Shown: positions 1 to 7,797, counted from the stretch's first letter. The stretch is DNA of 12,624 nucleotides from Candidatus Heimdallarchaeota archaeon (GCA_021399395.1 JAAFKJ010000019.1:1-12624), one strand, 5' to 3'. Made by a program: numbers and translations. The notes: generated by a model from the letters alone, not told the origin.

Positions 1-383
1 AGATTTACAATAGTTATTGCTGATCCAATTGCTTCCAGCTCTTCTGTACCTATAATCAAAATCTCTTGAACTAGTTTCTGTTTGAATTCATCTTTTCCAA
101 ATAGAACTGGAGTCTTGATCTTACCAGCTGTTCCAATAGTTTGAGACAGTCCTGCTTTCTTTCTTATGTCCAATATCCTGTTCACAACTAATTTGGATGA
201 TACCAATTCCTTTTCTGATTTCTTCTCTACAGTTTCCAATCCATTCTCGATTACTTCTTGTCTTTTCTTCTTATCCTTTTTTTGACTTTTCTCTAATTCT
301 ACATCAAAGTTTTTGTAAGCATCTGAAAGGTCTGAACGAAAATCGGGCTCTTTTTTCTTATCTTTTTCTTTTTCTGGTACCAT
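1..383 (-). CDS. Partial (3'-truncated) EAP30-domain protein, Vps22/Vps36-like ESCRT-II component candidate
   Basis: Manually translated: ATG at 383, open to the window edge (127 full codons), in-frame TAG upstream at 399-401. MVPEKEKDKKKEPDFRSDLSDAYKNFDVELEKSQKKDKKKRQEVIENGLETVEKKSEKELVSSKLVVNRILDIRKKAGLSQTIGTAGKIKTPVLFGKDEFKQKLVQEILIIGTEELEAIGSAITIVN(L). Residues 47-128 align nearly ungapped to human SNF8/Vps22 as recalled. The ORF itself is well supported; the family call is less certain. Confidence 0.68.
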   Translation of the reverse strand, partial: MVPEKEKDKKKEPDFRSDLSDAYKNFDVELEKSQKKDKKKRQEVIENGLETVEKKSEKELVSSKLVVNRILDIRKKAGLSQTIGTAGKIKTPVLFGKDEFKQKLVQEILIIGTEELEAIGSAITIVN

Positions 384-409
384 TACTCTCAAGATATTCT
401 ATATTCCAT

Positions 410-417
410 TATATAAA
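410..417 (-). promoter_or_regulatory. Putative archaeal TATA box for the EAP30-like gene
   Basis: TTTATATA on the minus strand 27-34 nt upstream of ATG 383, consistent with a leaderless or very short-leader transcript. Confidence 0.5.
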
Positions 418-434
418 AAAATATTCAATTAAAG

Positions 435-459
435 ATAACAACCTATATTTACTTGTTAT
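435..459. promoter_or_regulatory. Inverted repeat ATAACAA-N11-TTGTTAT enclosing a TATA-like box (TATATTTA, 444-451)
   Basis: Perfect 7-bp arms at 435-441 and 453-459 in the divergent intergenic region; candidate operator over the beta-CASP promoter. Confidence 0.35.
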
Positions 460-475
460 TAAATAAAACACTGTT

Positions 476-520
476 GAAGAGAGAATGAAGTAATACTTCT
501 TATTACTGTATTTTTTCTTC
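476..520 (+). promoter_or_regulatory. Long RNA hairpin in the putative 5' leader of the beta-CASP ribonuclease gene
   Basis: 476-495 pairs with 520-501: 16 Watson-Crick pairs, 3 G-U pairs, 1 A/G mismatch, 5-nt loop CTTCT. It ends 31 nt before ATG 552. Confidence 0.5.
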
Positions 521-551
521 TCCAAAAAATAAGATTCAGGGTATTAAGAAT

Positions 552-1910
552 ATGAACGATATTAACGTTACTGCTTACGGTTCAACTGATTATGTTGGTA
601 GAAGTGCATTTCATCTAAGTGATAGAGATCATAACATTCTATTGGACTGTGGCATACAACTAGTGCCAAAACAATTTTCCATTGCACCTAAAGGTGTAGA
701 TTCCATCGCTTCTACGCTGGATGCTGTTCTCCTTAGTCATGCTCACATTGATCACTCTGGCTATATGCCTTCTCTATCAAGAAATGGTTATAGAGGAAAT
801 TACTATATGACTCACCCAACTAAAGAGATTGCATATAGATTGTGGTTGGATCATCTTAAAATTGAGGGACAAAGACATTGGGGAGAGTCAGATTTAGATA
901 GAGTTTTTCACAAAATTCGAACACTCAATTACGATAAAACATTCAAATTAGCTGATGGAATTACTGCACGATTTCTTAATGCAGGACATGTGTTAGGTGC
1001 AGCCCAAATCTTGATAGATTGGGAAGGTAGGCTTATTCTTTACACAGGAGATATAAATGATAGAATAACTCCTATGTTCGATGGTTATGATGTACCTGAA
1101 GAGGACATAGATATTCTTTTGATAGAATCAACAAATGGTGACAGATATGTCCCAGAAAGATCAAAAATAAATGTAGGTCTTAGACTAATAGCTAAACAAT
1201 TGACTGCTGAAAATCATAAAATGATTTTACCCTCTTTTGCAGTTGGAAGGTCACAAGAAACCTTGATCACCTTAGCTCTTGATGATGATTTGAATGATGT
1301 TCCCATATATATGGATGGAATGATAAATGTCATGAACATGATAACAGAACACTTCCTTTCCGAAAAATGGGTTTCTAAGAGGTTTCTAGCACAACTCAAA
1401 GACGCTGGATTAAATTCTCCTTTTGAAAAGAGCAATTTTATCCCCGTACACTCCATTTCTGAAAGAACACATGCAGCAAGAAGATATATAGCTCGCAATA
1501 CCGAAGGGTCCATTATTGTAACAACATCAGGGATGCTTGAGGGAGGACCTGTTCATACTTATCTTGAATTATGTGGTGATAGAGAAGAAAATGTTGTAGG
1601 ATTCACTGGATATCAAGTTGATGGAACACTTGGAAGATCAATTTATGATGGCGAGAGAGATATTACTTTGGACAATGGAAGAGGTAGAAAGAAGAATATT
1701 GTTCTAAAATCTAAAGTGATGAAATTCCCATATTCTGGTCATAGTTCTGTAGATGGTCTAAAACATATGATGCAAGCAACAAATGCAAAAGACATCATAT
1801 TAATTCATGGTGATAAAAGAAACCAAGAATACATTTTAAATTATGTAAAAGATATTGCACAACCTCGATTAATCAAAGAGGGTGTAGAAACAAAACTTTT
1901 GAGTGCTTAG
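552..1910 (+). CDS. MBL-fold beta-CASP ribonuclease (archaeal CPSF-like, no N-terminal KH domains)
   Basis: 452 aa. Motifs LLDCG, SHAHIDHSG (HxHxDH), AGHVLGAA, YTGD, ESTNG, PSFAVGRSQE, SGMLEGGP, GYQVDGTLGR, YSGH, IHGD (motif C His, typical of RNA-acting members). Confidence 0.93.
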   Translation: MNDINVTAYGSTDYVGRSAFHLSDRDHNILLDCGIQLVPKQFSIAPKGVDSIASTLDAVLLSHAHIDHSGYMPSLSRNGYRGNYYMTHPTKEIAYRLWLDHLKIEGQRHWGESDLDRVFHKIRTLNYDKTFKLADGITARFLNAGHVLGAAQILIDWEGRLILYTGDINDRITPMFDGYDVPEEDIDILLIESTNGDRYVPERSKINVGLRLIAKQLTAENHKMILPSFAVGRSQETLITLALDDDLNDVPIYMDGMINVMNMITEHFLSEKWVSKRFLAQLKDAGLNSPFEKSNFIPVHSISERTHAARRYIARNTEGSIIVTTSGMLEGGPVHTYLELCGDREENVVGFTGYQVDGTLGRSIYDGERDITLDNGRGRKKNIVLKSKVMKFPYSGHSSVDGLKHMMQATNAKDIILIHGDKRNQEYILNYVKDIAQPRLIKEGVETKLLSA

Positions 1911-1913
1911 AAG

Positions 1914-2558
1914 ATGAAACTAAAGAATTCTCCTTTTTTGCAGGTTGCATTAGATATAGTTTCAATTGATCACTTAGAGAAAGTTTTGAAACAAATCCCA
2001 AAAGAAACAAAAGTTCTCTTAGAAGCTGGTACCCCTTTAATTAAGAAATTTGGTATTTCAATTGTAGATAAAATCAGAGAATATAATCCCAATTCCTATG
2101 TAATTGCGGATATGAAAACACTTGATGTTGGGTGGTTGGAAGTGATAATTGCTGCGGAAGCTTCAGCTAATGCGGTAGCAATAAGTGGTTTGGCTTCAGT
2201 TGAAACTATTGAATCATCATTGAAAGAAGGAAAACAGAGAAAAATGGATATAATCCTTGATTGCATGAATGTTGATAACCCAAAGGGACTAATAGACTCT
2301 TTATCGCGAAATCCCGAAATAATACTATTTCATAGAGGTATAGATCAAGAAAACAATATGGATCATCCATGGGAGATTATTCAAGATATAAAAGAAAGTT
2401 ATCCAGAGTCATTAATTGCTGTTGCTGGTGGTTTAAATCTCGTAACCAGTCAAAGAGCTCTCAATAATGGTGCTGACATAATAATCGTAGGTCGAGCTAT
2501 TACTCAAGCTGAAGATATTAGTGCAGTTACAGAGAATTTCCTTCAACTGCTGCAATAA
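1914..2558 (+). CDS. hxlA: 3-hexulose-6-phosphate synthase (OMPDC/HUMPS family), stand-alone
   Basis: 214 aa. LQVALD, LEAGTPLIKKFG, DMKTLDVG (DxKxxD), HRGID, AVAGG, GADIIIVGRAIT. Starts 3 nt after the beta-CASP stop. Confidence 0.82.
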   Translation: MKLKNSPFLQVALDIVSIDHLEKVLKQIPKETKVLLEAGTPLIKKFGISIVDKIREYNPNSYVIADMKTLDVGWLEVIIAAEASANAVAISGLASVETIESSLKEGKQRKMDIILDCMNVDNPKGLIDSLSRNPEIILFHRGIDQENNMDHPWEIIQDIKESYPESLIAVAGGLNLVTSQRALNNGADIIIVGRAITQAEDISAVTENFLQLLQ

Positions 2559-2577
2559 ACAATATAATCTGTTGTTT

Positions 2578-3462
2578 TCAGTATTCATGAATTGTCCCCT
2601 TTGTTCTAATTCTTTTGTAAATTTTCTTGTAAGTGACGTTGAAGAGTAATAGAATTATCAATGATGAAACAGCAAGTAGTATAATGGCCATCCATACAGA
2701 GAAGTCACCCACTGTTCCACCTCCGAACAAGCACAGTCTAAATGCTTGAACTGCAAGAGTCATTGGCGAAAAATAAGCTATGATTCTTAACCACTCGGGA
2801 AATAGCGAGAGAGGGAAGAGACTTCCGCTTAAAAGGTGTATAATACCAATAATAACCATAGAAATCTCTCTTCCTCTCTTTACCAATATAGTAATATTGG
2901 CCGCCAATAGAGATAGGGAGAAGAAGAATAAAAATACGAAAACAATGAGAAGTAAGAATGACAATACAGAATAAACATCCACTTCTATCCCTTGGAAAAT
3001 TGGGAATATAAGCAATACAGGAATGTAATAAATTAGAGAAAAGAATAGCCCATAGAACACTTCGAAGGTAATTTCCGATAGAAAATATCTCTTTAAGCCG
3101 AATGGACGCGTTGCTAATGTTTCAAAAGTTCCTTGTTTAATCTCACTTGTAAAACTATTCATTGATTTCATCAAAATTCTAGTTGAAATATCTACCAACA
3201 TACTTCCTGCAAAGATAAATGGTATGCTACTGACTATGTAATTATCTTGACTTATCAGCTGATTTGGGACTAAATTTGCAACATAATAGAATAGGCTAGC
3301 AACAGTAAAGGTATTCACAAATCCTATCAAAAGACTAAACTTATACTGCCAAATGATTCTGATATTCCTGATGAAGGTTGCTTTGAAACCATTTACAAAA
3401 TTTATTGAAATCTCTGAATTGCTGAACTGATCAATAACCTGTTTTGTATGTTTTGACGACAT
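2578..3462 (-). CDS. ABC-2 type exporter permease
   Basis: About 6 hydrophobic segments; EIKQGTFETL and LSGSLFPLSLFPEWLRIIAYFSPMT motifs. Start moved from TTG 3471 to ATG 3462, which overlaps the upstream stop as TAATG (294 aa). Confidence 0.9.
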   Translation of the reverse strand: MSSKHTKQVIDQFSNSEISINFVNGFKATFIRNIRIIWQYKFSLLIGFVNTFTVASLFYYVANLVPNQLISQDNYIVSSIPFIFAGSMLVDISTRILMKSMNSFTSEIKQGTFETLATRPFGLKRYFLSEITFEVFYGLFFSLIYYIPVLLIFPIFQGIEVDVYSVLSFLLLIVFVFLFFFSLSLLAANITILVKRGREISMVIIGIIHLLSGSLFPLSLFPEWLRIIAYFSPMTLAVQAFRLCLFGGGTVGDFSVWMAIILLAVSSLIILLLFNVTYKKIYKRIRTKGTIHEY

Positions 3463-4328
3463 TAATACCAATCCACTTTGTTATTTGATTTTGAATTCTG
3501 TATACTCCAAGAAACTAGAAAATATGATAAAATTCCTAAGATGATTATCATTCCAACTAAGATTCCACTGTTAGTAAGAATCAGTTTCCAATCTATTGTT
3601 TCACTCAGAGCTATTGCCTGTAACGCTTCTAACCCATACGTCAAAGGTAAGATTCTAGAGAGGAATAGCGGAAATCCTTTAAGCAAAGCTATTGGAAAAA
3701 CTACACCTGTGAATGTTTTTGTCAACTGATAAAGAAGGGGTATGAGGCCACTATTTTTCTGGTAATAAATTGTAAATGAGGTAAAAAGCATTGAAATTAC
3801 CATGTGAGAAAGCAAGATTAGTAAGAATAATACTAAAATCAGTAAAATTTCTTGAAAAGAAACAACATAAAATGAACCCATAAACAAAGAAGCTAATAAT
3901 AGTGCGATTATCACTGAGACCGATGAAAGCGATACTCCCGCCAACGTATTTCCGATTGAATATTCTAGAAAATTAAAATTTAACAGTAAAGTTGACCATG
4001 TCCCAGTAACTATTTCATTGTACAAACTACCACAGACAGTTGCCAATGTTGTCCCTATTATCATCTGCAAACACAATCCTAGAAAAACGAATTCTAGATA
4101 AGAAGATGAGATACCAAAAATTGTTAAGTCAGGATTTAGTTTACTGAAGAAAAAGTACATGATTATTGTGATTAAATTTAAGAAAATTGTCATAAAATAG
4201 CTGCTTTTGTAACTTATAGCCATCTTAATTCTAGCTTTGAAAATAATCCCAATTCTAGTGTAGAAGGCTGATTTCTTAGTAGTATAACTAAAAGAAGAGA
4301 GAACATCTACAAGTTGTTGAGAAATAAT
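3462..4328 (-). CDS. ABC-2 type exporter permease (start uncertain: first ATG 4223, proposed ATT 4328)
   Basis: EIVTGTWSTLL and FTGVVFPIALL..LPLTYGLEALQ motifs; paralogous to the downstream permease. The frame stays open upstream of 4223 to 4364 and encodes a segment matching the paralog's N-terminus. Confidence 0.85.
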   Translation of the reverse strand: MISQQLVDVLSSFSYTTKKSAFYTRIGIIFKARIKMAISYKSSYFMTIFLNLITIIMYFFFSKLNPDLTIFGISSSYLEFVFLGLCLQMIIGTTLATVCGSLYNEIVTGTWSTLLLNFNFLEYSIGNTLAGVSLSSVSVIIALLLASLFMGSFYVVSFQEILLILVLFLLILLSHMVISMLFTSFTIYYQKNSGLIPLLYQLTKTFTGVVFPIALLKGFPLFLSRILPLTYGLEALQAIALSETIDWKLILTNSGILVGMIIILGILSYFLVSWSIQNSKSNNKVDWY

Positions 4329-5410
4329 TATACATCCTCCTCTTGGATTGGAAAAGTAAAGATCTCATCAATACTTTTCTCCTCACGTTCCAAAGTCTCT
4401 TGTTTATTCAAAGCAAGGAATGCTAGAAATGACTCTTTCAGACTAGGCATAGAAGGAGCAATTTTGAAAATCTCTCCACTAGCCCTTAGAATTAAAACAG
4501 TTATCCTTGATATAGTTTCATTCAAAGGAAACTGCCTGGGTTGGACAGTAGCTTCATAAACGAAGTTAAAACTATCTTTCTCTTTTAGTGATAGTATATC
4601 TGCTCCCGCAGAATCTTTAACGAGTTTTTTGAATACTTCAGTGGGGAGTTTTGACATGCCAAAACCATCTGTTGGGAGAGGAGGTAGAGAGAAAATTAAA
4701 TGCACATACTCTTGAACAGCTGTTTTCTTGAATAAATTAGGTTTGCAATCTTGCACAATCTTTCCGCTATCTATCAAGATCAACCTCGATGTAAGCTCAT
4801 CGATTTCAGGAAAATTGTGGCTTGTAAGTAGAATAGTAGTTCCAAATTCTCTATTAAATTCATTTAGTAAGTCTTTGGCTTTTTCGGAACTCTCTGCATC
4901 AAATCCTAATGTTGGTTCATCCAATAGTAACACTTGAGGAAAAGGTATGAGGGCTCGAATCAGAAGTACTTTAGCTTTCATCCCTGTTGAAAGTTTCATT
5001 ACTAGGGTTTTTCTTTTCTCTTCCAAATCAAAGTAATTTAATAATGATGAAATTCTCCGTTTAGCGACATTCTTACTTAATCCACTAAGGGTGCTGTAGA
5101 ACAATAAATTATCTTCAACTGATAATCTATAATAGAGACTCCTTCCACCTGATTCTCCAAATACAGCTCCTACCATCTTTCTAATGCGTTTATCATCTCT
5201 TATAGAAACATCATTTATGTACGCATCACCAGCTGTAGGAAGGAGAAGTGTTGTTAATATCTTAGTTAGAGTGGTTTTACCAGCCCCATTTGGACCAAGA
5301 AGACCGATAAATTCTCCTTCTTTGATATTTAGCGATATGTTATCTAAAGCTACAAGTTTATTTCCCTTTTTTTGGTATTCCTTATACAAATTCTCTATCT
5401 CAATTGACAC
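4328..5410 (-). CDS. ABC-2/CcmA-type exporter ATP-binding subunit
   Basis: 360 aa, GTG start. Walker A GPNGAGKTT, signature LSTGM, Walker B LLLDEPT, H-loop TSH, and a C-terminal extension ending in PSLKESFL. Confidence 0.93.
   Translation of the reverse strand: MSIEIENLYKEYQKKGNKLVALDNISLNIKEGEFIGLLGPNGAGKTTLTKILTTLLLPTAGDAYINDVSIRDDKRIRKMVGAVFGESGGRSLYYRLSVEDNLLFYSTLSGLSKNVAKRRISSLLNYFDLEEKRKTLVMKLSTGMKAKVLLIRALIPFPQVLLLDEPTLGFDAESSEKAKDLLNEFNREFGTTILLTSHNFPEIDELTSRLILIDSGKIVQDCKPNLFKKTAVQEYVHLIFSLPPLPTDGFGMSKLPTEVFKKLVKDSAGADILSLKEKDSFNFVYEATVQPRQFPLNETISRITVLILRASGEIFKIAPSMPSLKESFLAFLALNKQETLEREEKSIDEIFTFPIQEEDV
4336..4343 (-). promoter_or_regulatory. Shine-Dalgarno-like AGAGGAGG inside the 3' end of the ATPase gene
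   Basis: GGAGG at 4340-4336 lies 7 nt before the in-frame ATT at 4328. Confidence 0.45.
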
Positions 5411-5472
5411 ACAAATTATCCTTAACTCAGCTATTTAAACACCTCAAAATACAAGATATATTGTTACTAGGA

Positions 5473-6831
5473 TTATTTTTCTGGTTTTTTACCTGTTCTC
5501 TTTACAATCACGTATACAATTATAGTGATAGTAAGTGCTATTGCTGATACAAATGCAAATAACCATGGCAATCTTTCAGAAATGGAATACAAGTAAGTTG
5601 AAAGATATGCTGTTCCAGTTATTCCAACAAAAAATCCTGTTGTTAGGATTGAATAGATAAGAGCAAAATGTGCCTTAGGTAAATCGTATGTTAATATAGT
5701 AAAGACAACGGGGAAGAATAACGCATGAGCAAAATTTTTACCAAAAAGAATTATAGTGTAAACAGCTGAGCTTGTTGGTATTAAATAGATCAATAGATAG
5801 TTGAATATTAGAATTATAGATGAGACTACAAGCAATCCGTCAGTTATTTTTGGTTTACTTGAAATCATCCATCCAATTATTGGTGATAACAATATGAAAC
5901 TTAGCTGTGATAACCCCAATATTAACCCTATTGTACTTTCAGAGAGTTCCAAACTTGCACCATATAGAGAAAGTATTGGATCACTTATACCTGCTATTAG
6001 ACCAAAAATTATGAAACTTAGAGTAAAGAAGATAAATGTTTTAGATCTAAAAATCTTTAAATTTAGTTTTTCTTTCTTCCCTTTTTTGATATCTACTCTT
6101 CGGATGAAATGCATGGTCTCTGCTTTACCTTTAACAAAAACAAGCTGAAATGCTCCAAACCCAATTACAGCTAGAGCTAATCCACATAGAATCATGACAT
6201 ATCCAGGAAAGAAATTAAGAACAAACCCCAAACTTAGAGACCCAATAAGATTACCTAATCTTCCTGAACTTGAAATCAGGGAATTGTACAATCCTTTATA
6301 CCTTGATTTTAGATCTGATAGAAGTGATCTACTTGCTAGCCCAAACGTATTATTGGTTAGCCGAAGTATGACAAAAAGTATAGCTAAAATCGCTGTGTTA
6401 TCTGTTAGAGCTAAACAACCAACTGAGATTATCATTAAAATAAAAGATGTAATGATTATTATTTGTCTTCCAAATTTTTCAATTAACCATCCACTAGGTA
6501 TTCTTCCAACTAATCCTGCAAAAGTATAAGCTGTTGCTATAATCCCCCATTTAGTTAGAACAGCTATCTCGATTAATCTAGCATATTCCTCGATATTCAT
6601 AGGTGACAAATTTTGAATATAATTAGAACTCGAAAAATTAAGAAATTTAGATGATTCAACTTCAAGTAGATATAGTGGGAATAGCTGACGTATTGACATG
6701 TAGATAGCAAAAGCAAGAAACTGAGAAAGAAGAAAAGAAAATACTTCTCTGGTTTCTGGAGCTTTTAGAACATCCTTTATATTGGCTTTTGGTTCAGATG
6801 GAGGTCCAAGATCTGTGTCAATATTTTCCAT
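5473..6831 (-). CDS. Major facilitator superfamily transporter
   Basis: 452 aa, about 12 hydrophobic segments in two halves with a basic central loop; motif A variant GWLIEKFGRQ. Confidence 0.9.
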   Translation of the reverse strand: MENIDTDLGPPSEPKANIKDVLKAPETREVFSFLLSQFLAFAIYMSIRQLFPLYLLEVESSKFLNFSSSNYIQNLSPMNIEEYARLIEIAVLTKWGIIATAYTFAGLVGRIPSGWLIEKFGRQIIIITSFILMIISVGCLALTDNTAILAILFVILRLTNNTFGLASRSLLSDLKSRYKGLYNSLISSSGRLGNLIGSLSLGFVLNFFPGYVMILCGLALAVIGFGAFQLVFVKGKAETMHFIRRVDIKKGKKEKLNLKIFRSKTFIFFTLSFIIFGLIAGISDPILSLYGASLELSESTIGLILGLSQLSFILLSPIIGWMISSKPKITDGLLVVSSIILIFNYLLIYLIPTSSAVYTIILFGKNFAHALFFPVVFTILTYDLPKAHFALIYSILTTGFFVGITGTAYLSTYLYSISERLPWLFAFVSAIALTITIIVYVIVKRTGKKPEK

Positions 6832-6894
6832 TAATTATGCACAACCGTTACAGAAATTAAAAGAATTGCTACTATAAAAGAATGTTTAGTTCTG

Positions 6895-7797
6895 TTAAAG
6901 CAATTGTTCGTAAATCTTTTCAGCTATTTTGTTTGCTTCGTCAGTGTTTGTTACAATTTCAATCTCATTAACTGAGTTGATACCCAAACCCAATTCCACT
7001 GCTCTTGCGATTTGCTCTTGTTCAAATATTTTACCTTCAGACACTTCAAGGGTAGTACCCAATATCCTTAGAATAGCTACACCTATTGCATCTAATGCGA
7101 TTTTATCAGTGCCTGCTAATATTATGTTTGGTTCCTTTTTTGTCCCTTTGGCAGGGCCACCATCGACAAAAGCAGATACTCCATCTAGAACAATTAAATC
7201 TGGTGTGTATACGCTATTAATATCAGCTATCATTTTCCTTGTGTTTTTGGAATTATGTAATTCACGCATATACGAACTACCATTGAGATTCTTTCTTGGT
7301 ACTAATCCTGTTGCATTCTTTAATGACATAGTAAAATGGCCATTGAATTGGTGAGTTTTCAAGCAACAAGTTTCTACAATACTTTGTGCATTTATGAAGA
7401 TATTTGGAAATAAGAACCCTCTTTCCCAATAGCTGTTTTCAGGCGTGAGAAGAGTAAATTCTTCAACAGGTAATTTGGAAAGATTGACTAGATTAAACTT
7501 CAGCTCTTTTGCAAGTTCGAACATACCTTTTTGTTCAAAACACTCTTGTGTCTTTACAGGACCACTTCTTTCTGCAAGAGTTATAGATTTACAACCCATC
7601 TCCTTTAACTTAACTATCAAAGATCTAAGTGTTTCAACTGATGTAGATGCAGGAGGAGGATCAGCAGTATTAAAATTAGGTTTCAAAACAACTTTCTTTC
7701 CTTTTACTGGATTAATTCCAAGTAAATCTAAAGCTTGAATTGTTCCCTCTGATCTACTATCTGTAGATATCAAAGCTACTCTGGTCATGGCCTTCAT
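6895..7797 (-). CDS. DUF362 domain protein
   Basis: VVLKPNF, AERSG, CLKTH, TMSLKN, LH, PDLIVLDG, ILAGTDKIALDAIG. The ORF-track start at 7902 overlaps the divergent gene; the likely start is ATG 7797 or 7788. Confidence 0.85.
   Translation of the reverse strand: MKAMTRVALISTDSRSEGTIQALDLLGINPVKGKKVVLKPNFNTADPPPASTSVETLRSLIVKLKEMGCKSITLAERSGPVKTQECFEQKGMFELAKELKFNLVNLSKLPVEEFTLLTPENSYWERGFLFPNIFINAQSIVETCCLKTHQFNGHFTMSLKNATGLVPRKNLNGSSYMRELHNSKNTRKMIADINSVYTPDLIVLDGVSAFVDGGPAKGTKKEPNIILAGTDKIALDAIGVAILRILGTTLEVSEGKIFEQEQIARAVELGLGINSVNEIEIVTNTDEANKIAEKIYEQLL

Noticed and set aside
197-466. 89-aa plus-strand ORF
   Set aside because: F/S/L-rich antisense shadow of the K/E-rich minus-strand gene and its promoter.
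476-520. Hairpin as a eukaryote-like SECIS element (contains ATGA)
   Set aside because: No GA on the 3' side to form the tandem G-A core, upper stem only 7 bp, no apical AA, and no in-frame UGA evident in neighbouring genes.
4288-4335. 15-codon mini-ORF from ATG 4335 (-)
   Set aside because: Directly abuts GGAGG with no spacer and is out of frame with the permease. Relevant only if an assembly indel exists.
5411-5445. Alternative ATA start (5434) for the ABC ATPase after GAGGTG
   Set aside because: GTG 5410 already gives a typical N-terminus (MSIEIENLYKEY), and the same bases read as a TATA box (TTTAAATA, 5439-5432). Cannot be resolved from sequence.
1214-7738. Short opposite-strand ORFs (1214-1513, 2780-2974, 3478-3729, 4314-4559, 4728-4937, 5184-5438, 5801-6148, 6194-6529, 6929-7354, 7445-7738)
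   Set aside because: Antisense to well-supported genes, with no recognisable motifs.
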